60,954 nucleotides of DNA from Ancylonema sp. (Eukaryota), in contig JBFLGF010000194.1 in assembly GCA_050230475.1 (NCBI GenBank), positions 1 to 60,954 of the forward strand. Reading direction: 5' to 3'. Position numbers and translations under genes: made by a program. Below, one piece after another: positions 50,848 to 60,954 of this stretch (positions within the stretch are counted from its first letter, which is position 1; each line of letters begins with the position of its first letter). The notes below the pieces were generated by a model. It had not been told where the DNA came from. It saw nothing but the letters and a program-made list of their open reading frames with translations, and ran no database searches.

Positions 50848-50862
50848 ATGTGGGTACATCCA

Positions 50863-53042
50863 ACATGGAATATTTTATGTAACCCCTTCCCAAAGATGTG
50901 TCAGAAGCTTTAACTTCACTTTGCAAAATCTTCTCAATTACTGCAAAGGCTTGATAATGAGGATCCACATCATCATTATTGTCAAACTTCGGAGCGACAT
51001 CCTTTTAAAAATAGTTAGAAATACGATTGTGGTGGTGTGTAAATCGTGTAGATGTTTTTATGCCAGTAGACACATCGTTGGTGTCATTACGTTGTTGTTG
51101 CGCGTACAAGAAAGCACCTAACCAACGCATTGTGTTCCCATCCATTGCTTGTCCCAGTCGTGAAATTCGTTGCTAAATTGTTGCATGTCCTCCAGTGGTA
51201 TCACCAATGTTATATCCCATTAGTTGTTCCTTTTCCTCAAGTGTTGGTTCTTCCCAACACTTTGTATTCCAAAGTTTTCCTTCTCCTGGTTTTCCACTAG
51301 CTTGCAATCTGTAAGCATGGCTTTTTGGAAAACTTACGATTGTTGGCATGCAAACCCCGTTGTGATTAACTTTGTTGTGTGCAACAAACGGAGAACTGGA
51401 AAGTCGAGAAGGCTTGGTTGGGACATGATGTTTGTGTAAAATTTGTTGCAATGTCGGATTTGGGAGAATATTTTTCGGCATTGCTTCTTGTAAAATTTTA
51501 GGATTACACCAGTTTTGCCAAAACAATCTCACACGATGTGCTGCTGATCCCAATCCAGCAGCGTCAACAACAATTGGAGCACCCAAGAAAGCTTCTATGA
51601 GTTTTGCAGCCTTGTCAACATTGGGATATTGTCCTGGTTTCCCAAGCCATGTATTTTCAAACAAGTACAATGGCGATGGGTATTGTTCGGCTTGGAAAAA
51701 AAACATTTTTTTTACCATGTCAAGGAATGGAGCAAATCTGTCATCATTTATGCCTTCATGCTTTCCAGCCATAGACATGGATTGGCATTCCCATCCCCCA
51801 CAAATTGAAATGTACCACTCCCTTGGATTCAACCAAATCCACCAAGTCAGATTGTGAGACAATTTGAATGTTTTGGGGTAATCTCTTATTATATCCGCGA
51901 TTATATCCGCGTATCGCGCTGTCAGGTAGTTGTCCTGGAAACTCTCTCAGGACTTCTCTAGCTATTGTACGAGAGATTTCATCTATCTCAATACTCGTAT
52001 AGCACTTGATTTTGTAACCACCTTCTAGAATAGTTCGTAATCCTCCACATGTTATTCCCGAAAACATGTCTAGAACGTGTATCCCGCCTTTTATTGTATC
52101 TGGAACAAATTTAGTAGTGTGTGTAGCAACTGAAATTGCACCATTGAAATCATCTCCTATCCACTTTATACGTGGCTCTAACACGGGAAGCCCTAACGCG
52201 TAGGTTGCCTCAAGTCGTGCTCCAGCGTTACTCCTCCTGTCAACAATCGTTTTGTGTGTGGAGTTGTGGTTTGATTTCATCATATGCGCAGTTATTGGAA
52301 TACAAGTGGCAGTCATAGGAGCTGTGTTAGCTGTTGTTTCCATGTTCACATTATAATCAAAATTCTATTGTAAAGATTCATCACCAAGAATTGCATCTTG
52401 TAAATCTGAAGAGCATGTTGTTACCTTGATTGTGTAAGCAATGTGGTGATCTTCTGCAATTCCACAACACGTGGCTGGCAGTCTTGCAAGACGAGATGGT
52501 ACCGCTTTTGTTTCACGACAGTCCACCCTCCATAAGAAGTCCTCTGTTAAAGGGTCCAGATACCCAAAAATCGCACCCAAGAAGTCCATCCCGAGAAGGA
52601 CGTCGTACGTGTCGGTATCGGCGATCATCGCATGAGACTTAATCGTAGTCTCCTCTGAAGTGCCCTTGGCAAGGGTGAATTCTAGAAATTTTTTTGTCCT
52701 GCCCAATGCTAGTGTGTCCTGTCCGGCGGCCGTGACGAACGAATCCCCAAAAGCGAGATACTTGTTTTGACATCTGTCAATAGAGTTTGCAAAAGATCGG
52801 CCCAAGATGATTGTACCTGCTCCAGTGTCAATTACTGCCACACGCGGTGTTCTTCCATCCACTTGCAGCTGCCCCTCCGAGGTGAGTAATGTTGCCATAT
52901 AGAATTTCATCCGATGCCGCCTCTGCGCCACACGGTATTTCTCCGCGATCATGTTGCCTTCGTTCAATTGCTGCACCACTTGTACTTGTATCGGAGCCTT
53001 CTCTTCGTCTGCCTTGGCTCTGTCGAAAAGGATGGCCATCAA
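50863..53042 (-). mobile_element. Decayed retroelement fragment A: aspartic protease plus C5 DNA methyltransferase in one frame
   Basis: Protease AVIDTGA (52829-52821)...YDVLLGMDFL. In the same frame after a TAG come DNMT motif I VLDMFSG, a 1-nt frameshift near 51806, IV CGGWECQ, VI YLFENT, VIII AHRVRLFWQN, IX EKEQLMGY and, after another TAG, X RISRLGQAMDG. Confidence 0.85.
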
Positions 53043-53527
53043 TGTTAGGACCACACTAGTGTGTGTCCCTAACTAGAGTGTAGCCCGCTACTCCGCCCGA
53101 CCGGGCGGGTGACCATTTAGTTTCGCTTAACTCGTTTCGCTTAACTTTTATTTCTTAGCTTTCAAGTTTTCGTACACTTAGTCATCATTACAACCCCGAC
53201 GTTATTTCCGTTAACATATTCGTTCGTTTAGCTCGCTTCATTAGTTACCGTTCTTACACTAGAGTTCCCTTCGTCCCTAGTTCACCATTTACCACTTATG
53301 CACGATAAGAACGTCTATTCTCTCGTTCTTATCAACTCATGTTAATTGTGATCTTTTAAGTGCTTCTCTTCCCATTCTTTTTTCCGTCACTCGTCCCTCT
53401 TTCCTTTCCCATCCATTTTCTTCTCTCCATTCAATCCTCTCCTCCTATTCCCTTCTTTCCTTCCAATCCTCCCTTAAATTCTCCTTTCTCATTCCTCTCT
53501 CTATCCGCACTAAGTCCAATTCTTACA
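53043..53527 (+). repeat. 5' LTR of the chromovirus
   Basis: tgttaggaccacactagtg...cactaagtccaattcttaca; homologous to 57572-58032. Confidence 0.92.
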
Positions 53528-54737
53528 CTTTGATAAGAAAATTAATTTGTTTTGGTTTTTTGGGACAATTTAAGCATGGCTTCGTTCGACGCGAGCGAAG
53601 CTCAAGCGGAGCAAGTGGGCCGCGTGGCATCTTTGGAGAACAACATGGGGGGTGTAATGGCTGAACTTCATAGATTGCGAACGGCGGTGGCACAAAATGT
53701 TCAAAATGCTCAAAATGTTCCATTACAACAAAATGCTCCACAATATGTTCCCCCCCCTCCCCCTCGTCCTAATCTAAACCTTCCCGAACCTCCTCACTTC
53801 TCGGGAAACCCATCTGAACTACCATCATTCAAATTAAAATTATCTCAATTCCTTCGGGGAAATTTTAATTTTAATACCTACTTTGACTCTCAGTCGCAAC
53901 TCATGTATGCAGGCAGCCTCCTAACCAGGGATGCCGACGAGTGGTACATGACTCTCGTCGACCAAAACTACAACCTACCCCCCCACTACGACTACGACCT
54001 CGACTCCTTCCTTCAAGCCATGACGGACTTCGGACTTCTTCGGGGGGGGCATCACCCTCGCCTCCCGCGAACGCTCCCTGGATACCCTGCGCCAAACCGG
54101 GACGGTTCAGCAATTATTAGCAATTGCATTTCAGAATATTACGAACACCCCTTCAACCCCCGGTGGACAAGATCACTCCCTCATTTACGTTCTGTCGAAG
54201 AAGATCCGGGAACCCATCCGCTTCGAGCTCGCCGCCCGGGGAACGGTCCCTATCCTCTTCCACGACTACGTTGCCGCCGCCATCTCGGTGGAACAGAACC
54301 AGGCAGCTGCAAACAACTTCAGGGGCCAACCACAACCCCAGCTTCCCCGTCTCCCCTACAAGCCCCCACCAGCCCTCCCTGCCCCGGCTCCCCGTCCCAA
54401 CCCCCCCCCGCCCACGTTTCCATGGATCTGGACGGCATGCGCGCCCGTAATGGTGGCGCCCTTTCCCACGAAGAGCGTCGCCGCCGAGCTGAAGGCAACC
54501 TCTGCGCCTATTGCGGCCAGCCAGGTCACATCATCACTACCTGTTTGCGGCGCAACGGGGGTCACCAGGCCAGGGGTATCTTTCCAGTTCCCCCCGGTTA
54601 CCCGTCAGACGCCGGTTATCACCCCCCCCCCGGTTTTCAATTAATATTAATTCCCTTACCTGGCACCTTTCCCACCCCCTGGACGCAAGTCCCCACCCCC
54701 CATACCCAGTTTGAAACCTACCTGCCTCAGACGCGTC

Positions 54738-54775
54738 AAAAAACGCTCGCCCCAGCCAATAGGGGCCTGGCTGGG
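54738..54775 (+). promoter_or_regulatory. Putative -1 programmed ribosomal frameshift signal at the gag/pol junction
   Basis: Slippery A AAA AAC (54738-54744), then gcccc/ggggc and agcca/tggct pairings. The zero frame reads SKNARPSQ*. Confidence 0.7.
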
Positions 54776-57571
54776 TGGCGTACTTCCCCTCCCCTCCCCC
54801 CTTAGCCGCCCCTGTCATGTTTGTAAAACGTCCAGACGGCAAGCTGAGGTTAGTTGTGGACTACCGAGGCCTCAACAAGGTCACTGTCAAGAATCTGTAC
54901 CCCCTCCCCCTCATACCTGAGATGCTGGATCGATTACATCGCGCTAAAATCTTCACAAAAATAGATCGACGCAATGCATATCATCAAGTTCGGGTTAAAG
55001 AAGGGGATGAGTGGAAGACGGCATTCAGATGCAGGGAGGGGCAGTATGAGTATTGTGTGTGCCCGCAGGGCCCTACTAACGCACCTGCAATGTTCCAGCA
55101 TTTTATGAATGATATCCTACGGGAGCGCCTGCATCTGGACCTTACCGCAGTCGGCATTCTTGATGATGTTATCATCTTCTCCGAAGACCCTGCCCTGCAC
55201 ACACAGCATGTTCGCGCCATCCTCCAGATCCTGCGCGAAAACAAACTCTACGCAAAGGTGGAAAAGTGTGATTTCGACAAAGACCACATGACTTACGTCG
55301 GTTATATGGTCTCCAAGGATGGAATCGGCATGGATCCCGCAAAGGTATCTGCTATCCTCGACTGGCCTGTTCCCGTTAAGGAGGTGCAGTCTTTTTTGGG
55401 CTTTGCTAATTTTTATCGAAAATTCATTTTACACTATTCTGCTCTTGCTACCCCCCTTACAACTCTGACTCGCAAGGGAGTGAAATTTACAAGGAACTGC
55501 AACATTCCTCCAGCTCCAGTCAGCCTTCACATTTGCCCCCATCCTTTGCCACTTCCAGCCCGAGCTCCCTCTGACTATCGAGGCTGATGCTTCCGACTAC
55601 GCCCTGGGGTGCATCCTGTCCCAACCTGCATCTGATGTGGAGCTACACCCGATCTGCTTCTATTCACGAACATTTACAGCTGCTGAGCTGAACTACCCCA
55701 TCTACCACAAAGAGCTCCTCGCGGTGGTCGAAGGTTTTAGGCAGTGGAGAGTCTACGTCGAAGGAGCGCAACACCCTGTCCAGGTCTACACCGACCACAA
55801 GAACCGGAGTATTTCTCCCAGGCCCGCACTACCTCCCGACGACATGCCAGATGGGCAGCTACTCTGGCAGCCCACGACTACACCATCAGCTACAGGAAGG
55901 GCGCCTCCAATGGCAAACCGGATGCCCTCTCCCGCCGTCCCGACTACATCCCTCCCCGCCTTCCCTCCCTCCCCATCTTTCCCCATTCATATCCCATTCT
56001 TAATTCCCCTCCCACCTCATCGAAGCAGCAGTTCTAGTCATGCCGAACGATCCTCTCCTGCCTGCCATCGCTGATGCCCAAGCCGCGGATCCTGTCCTGT
56101 CTGCACACATACACTTGCTGCAGAGGGGGCCTGGCGGGGAGTCAAACCCCGCACTGCCAGGAGGCAGCCCATCGGGCAGGTCACAAGATCCTGTCTACAC
56201 TCTTTGCGGCGGCATCCTCTACTCTCAGGGACGCATTCTCATTCCTCCTACCTCTTCCTCACTCATCCTTCAAATTCTGCAACAATATCATGACTCGCCA
56301 CTAGCTGGCCATTTCGGTGTCGCACGCACTCAAGCTCTAATTGCAAAGTATTTCAAGTGGCCAGGTTTAGCTACAACTGTTAGTAATTATGTTCTAAGTT
56401 GTGATGCATGCCAGCGCAATAAAGTTGGCATCCCTGTGGCCTGCTCTCACCCCTCCCTATCCCTGTCAAACCGTGGTGTAGTGTATCCCTCGATTGGATA
56501 ACCGACCTGCCTCCTAGTCACTACCACGACGCGATTCTAGTGGTCGTCGATCGCCTCACCAAGAGATGGCGCATTTCAGTCCAACCACCAAATCCATGTC
56601 GGCGCCAGACGTCGCGGCGCTCTTCATCCAGCACATCATCAGGGTTCATGGCCTCCCAGAAACCCTGGTCAACGACACCCGGTCTTCACCTCCCACTTCT
56701 GGGGAAGACTCCTCGAACTTCTGGGCATCCGAGCCAACCGATCGTCCGCCTTCCATCCCCAGACAGATGGCCAGACAGAAAGGCTCAACTCCGTCCTCGA
56801 GCAGTACCTGCGAATCTACTGCGATTACCAGCAGACCGACTGGGGGCCAGCCTCCTCCCCATGGCGGAATTCTCCTACAACAACTCCAAACACTCGGCTA
56901 CCACCCTATCCCCATTCTTTGCCAACTATGGCTTCCATCCCCGCATGTCCCTGCTCCCTCCATCCCCCGACTCCGCGACCCCAGCAGCCGACTCCTACGT
57001 GGCGCAACTTCGGAAAATCCAGACAACTCTTCAGACCGAGCTCCTCAAGGCCAGGAAAGCTATGGAGTTGTCCGCCAATCGGAGGCGTCGGCCGGCACCA
57101 GATTTCATACCAGGACAAAGTTTGGCTCCTGCGCCGACACATTTCGACCACGCGTCCGTCGTCTAAATTGGATGTTCGTCGCCTTGGCCCTTTTCCAATC
57201 ATTGAGAAAGTTGGCACTTCGGCTTTTCGCCTCGATCTTCCCCGCTCAATGCGGATCCACCCTGTTTTCCACGTCAGCCTTTTGGAACCTCATGTGGCCA
57301 ACACTTTTTTCCTGGTCGCAACGTGGCCCCTCCCCCTCCCCTCCATGCGGATGGTCTTCCAGAGTTCGAGGTGAACAAGATTCTGGACTCCAAGTTCCTG
57401 AGGCGCAAGCTACATTACTACGTCGATTGGGTTGGCTACCCCGTTTCGGACCAATCGTGGCAAACCTGCAATTAACTTGTTTAATGCTCAGTCAAAAGTC
57501 GATGCTTTTCTTCATTTAGAATTTCCATTATAGCCTCGTCCTCTTGTAATCTCCACTTAACGGGGGGGTAC

Positions 57572-58032
57572 TGTTAGGACTACACTAGTGTGTGTCCCTA
57601 ACTAGAGTGTAGCGCGCTACTCCGCCCGACCGGGCGGGTGACCATTTAGTTTCGCTTAACCCGTTTCGCTTAACTTTCGTTTCGCTTAACTTTCGTTTCG
57701 CTTAGCTTTCAAGTTTTCGTACACTTAGTCATCATTACAACCCCGACGTTATTTCCGTTAACATATTCGTTCGCTTCGCTCGCTTCATTAGTTACCGTCT
57801 TACACTAGAGTTCCCTTCGTCCCTACACCATTTAGTACTTATGCACGATAAGAACGTCTATTCTCTCGTTCTTATCAACTCATGTAAGTGACTTTTAAGT
57901 GCTTCCTTTCCCAATCTTTCCCGTCACTCGTGTTCCCTTTTCCATCTATTTCTCCCATTCATTCTTCTCTCAATTCCCTCCTTCTCAATTCTCTCTCATT
58001 TTCCATTATCCGCACTAAGTACATTCCTTACA
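57572..58032 (+). repeat. 3' LTR of the chromovirus
   Basis: Follows the PPT; tgttaggactacactagtg...cactaagtacattccttaca. Confidence 0.92.
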
Positions 58033-60164
58033 TTCCTCCCACTCTAGGCTGACAGTGTTGAACACCTCCCCCTCTCTTGGGTTCCCATATTCCTTTGGGC
58101 GGAAGGCGTTGGAGTGAAGGTAGGATACCACCGTTGACATGCAGATGCGCGCCCCACCCTGTTGATTGTGAGTCGCAAACGGAAGCCGATCAGAATGCCC
58201 AGGAGATGTGGGCACGTGATGAGGCTTCAGAATGGACGACAATGGCGGGGAGGGGAGGAGCATTCTTGGCATTGCAGCTTTCAGGATGGCCGGCTGGAGC
58301 ATGTTGGTCCAGAAAAGTCTCACTCGATGCGCGGCTGCTCCCAGATCCGCAGCGTCGATGAGTAGAGGTGCCCCGAGAAAAGATTGCACCAGGTTGTTTG
58401 CCTTCTGAATTGCTGCCGTGCATCGCTCACCAGGATACGTGGTCTCCAGCAGGTACACAAGGGGGATGGCCTGCCTCTGCTAGAAAAAGTTGGTGATGCG
58501 GACCAGGTCGTAGAAGAAGCGAAAACGGGAATGCATTGCGCCGCGCTGTCTTCCTGCCCTGCTGACGCTCTGACACTCCCAGCTGCCACCTAGCAGATCC
58601 ACTGGGCCGTTGAATTCGAGTAGTCTCTCCAGAAACATCAGCGAGCATTGAGAGATGTCTTGAGGCAGCCTCTTGTCGAATGATTTTATCGCTGCGTCTG
58701 GTAGTTGGGCGGGGTATTGTAGTTGGAGAGTGGTTAAGACTGAGCGCGCAATGTCATGGCTGATATTGTCCTTATCCACATATGTGTAGCAGCGTATGCT
58801 GTACCCTGCAACCAGTGCTGATCTTAACACTCCCAATCCCACTCCCGCAAACAACTCCATGACATGAAGCCCATTTTTGCATGACGTTTGGCTCAATTGT
58901 ACTGTTGATGTGTCCAATGGCAAAGCCCCCAAGATTGCACAACCCAGCCATTTGGATGATGGGAGCAGGGGTGGAAGGGAAAGAGGGGTAACGGATGAAA
59001 GCCGAGCTGCGGCATTTTCCCTTCGCAGCCGGTCGTCACCCCTCACCTCCTTCCCAATCCGCAGCTCGTTCTCCCGATCGCACACCTCCACACCAGAGCA
59101 GGTTGGCAGCTGCTAGCTAGAGTGGTGAGGTATGGAAACCGAAATCATCTTCTTCTAAGATCACGTCTTCAAAGCCACTCTGTACCTCATGCATGTCCTT
59201 CTCGTTGTCGATCAGGCCAGCAAAGCAGGCGTAGGCCACGACTGGCCGTGTGACGCCGTGGCAGGGTGCGTTGATGGTAGAGGAGCGTAGATGTCCACCA
59301 GCATCCATAGCTCGATATGTAAACCGCTCCGTGTATGAGCAGTAGCTCCCCTTCACCGCGCGGATAAACTCCATTCCCAGCAACACGTCGTAGGCGACCG
59401 TATCGACGACTGTAACTGCCATTTCCACTACAGAGAAGTTGTCACTACCATGGCCAAGGTTGAACTTCAACTTGGTTTTGGTGATCTCTAGAGGGAGCTC
59501 TACTGCCCCACTAGCAGTGACAAAAGCCTCTCCCCTATGCAACCGGCGCATGTCCACTCCTATGGCAGCTGCAAACTTTGCACTGCACATGGCCTTGGCT
59601 GCTCCTGTGTCGATGATGGCCTCTTTTGGGACGTAGCCCTCCACGTTCAGCATCATTGCGGCGTTATCCAGATACACCGGCGTGAAATGCACCAGTAATA
59701 GATCTGCGATAGAGATGGCGGGGACCAGCTCCTCTTCCACGGCTGGAAAGTGCTGGTTGGGGAAGCTCTTCTCCGTGTCTGTCGCCTTGTGCCACAAACT
59801 GCATGCCAGCTCTCCCGTCAGCTCCTGCACATTCTTGACAACGTCTTGCAGGTGGGACACAGCTTGGAGTGGCGTCTCCAACAGCAGCTCTGGACCGTCT
59901 CCTACCGGCGGGTCAGGAAAGAGGTATGTAGGCGGGTACTGTTGATCCGTTGTCCCTGGCTCCAAGCTGGATGGTGGCATGCCGTGTGGGAAGGATTGTG
60001 GCAGACGTTCTTTGTAGTCATCCTCGTCCGGAACTCTAGGCACATCTGGGTAGACTGAGTCATCAGGCGTGGCTAAAAGGGGGTCATTTTGGATCGGCTC
60101 TGAGATAGGGGCAGCTGCCACGTCTCCAACAAGCGGAGCAAAATGTACCCTTTTAGCTGGCGCC
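58033..60164 (-). mobile_element. Decayed retroelement fragment B: aspartic protease plus C5 DNA methyltransferase, cut by the chromovirus LTR before motif IX
   Basis: Protease AIIDTGA (59611-59603)...YDVLLGMEFI; DNMT motif I VMELFAG, IV LGGSWECQ, VI YLLETT, VIII AHRVRLFWTN. Colinear with fragment A. The 5' side ends at gap n60165. Confidence 0.85.
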
Positions 60165-60954
60165 NAGAGGATGTCGGGGTGGAAGAGTGGGAGGAAGAGA
60201 ACTTGGGGGTAGAGGGGGTGTTGGTAGAGGACGTGTAGAACTCGGCGTAGGAGGAGGAGGGAGAGGAAATGTTTTTTATGTGGTGCATGGTATGGTGTGG
60301 AATGTTCGTGTCTTAGGAAGTCTGTATGGTTAAGTAGCCCGATCCAAAAATCATTCCCAATCCTTGTGCAGTATCGACGTCCACCAGACATTAGACCTGA
60401 TTGAGCAATGTCGAGACCTTGATCAAAACTCAATGTCCATGGGAGTTTTTGCACTTTCATATTAATTTTCGAGGTGTGAAAAGTATATCGAGTTCTATGT
60501 AAAGCAAACAAATTTATTTTTTCGGAAGGATGCCCGCATGTAAGTTTCACATAATAAGCATCATCAAGTTATGAAAATAATACTTCCTCATGTAGTGTTG
60601 ACCACCACCATGCGCGATATCTGAAATACTCTTGAAGATCGCGGTATGTCATCCGTCTTCTTGTGTATAGCGCGATATCTTAAATCTCGCGAAGGATGCA
60701 TGATGTTATTCACATTCAGATATTGCGCAAGTGGGTTGCATAATGCTGTGACCACAATAATCTCATGTCATATATAATTGTTTGCATACCATGGAGGTTA
60801 AGCATCAATTCAGAAAGTAAACATCAATACACATGTGCATGTCGGAATCGGACCAAGAACGATAGAGTCAAACTTCAATAAGATTCTTGATACATCTGAC
60901 ACAGACACTATGATCAATCTTCGATTAGAGTCATTCATATGTTCACCATCATCG

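Larger units (their letters stand above)
53043..58032 (+). mobile_element. Ty3/gypsy chromovirus, frameshifted, protease deleted
   Basis: LTRs 53043-53527 and 57572-58032 (TG..CA); PPT ggggggg at 57562-57568. Gag from ATG 53576 with CAYCGQPGHIITTC knuckle; RT (KLRLVVDYRGLN, DEWKTAF, ILDD); RNase H (DASDYALG, YTDHKN); integrase (HDSPLAGH..CDAC, GPF motif); chromodomain EFEVNKILDSK..YYVDWVGY..SW at about 57360-57465. Confidence 0.95.

Noticed and set aside
25477..59119. TAG reassigned to a sense codon
   Set aside because: CP12 and PECT1 end at TAG at their expected C-termini, other genes end at TAA or TGA, and the long INTS3 frame has no internal TAG.
59117..60550. 477-aa ORF as a single protein
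   Set aside because: It crosses the assembly gap n60165 and composition changes there. Only the part below the gap is assigned to element B.

Overview
Eukaryotic nuclear DNA with short spliceosomal introns and plant-type genes; the gene content and retroelements point to a streptophyte (charophyte-like) green alga, which is an inference. Nine host genes can be assembled: a conserved uncharacterised plant protein, VTE6/DUF92, intronless INTS3, NDUFA9, PHT4;5-like, PECT1 (with one in-frame TAG), CP12, P5CDH/ALDH12 and a DsbA/FrnE-type thioredoxin whose last two exons recur twice downstream. Intergenic space holds MITEs and other DNA-transposon relics. From about 50 kb there is a retroelement nest: two diverged, decayed minus-strand elements that fuse a retroviral-type aspartic protease to a DNMT3-like C5 cytosine methyltransferase (both with an unusual WECQ catalytic loop) flank a Ty3/gypsy chromovirus. 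That chromovirus has an apparent self-priming PBS, a -1 frameshift signal, no protease and no target-site duplication. Other highlights are a 3x59-bp exonic tandem duplication in VTE6 that could be removed as a new intron, and at least four GC-AG introns. Single 'n' gaps lie at 44583 and 60165. All identity estimates are by eye.
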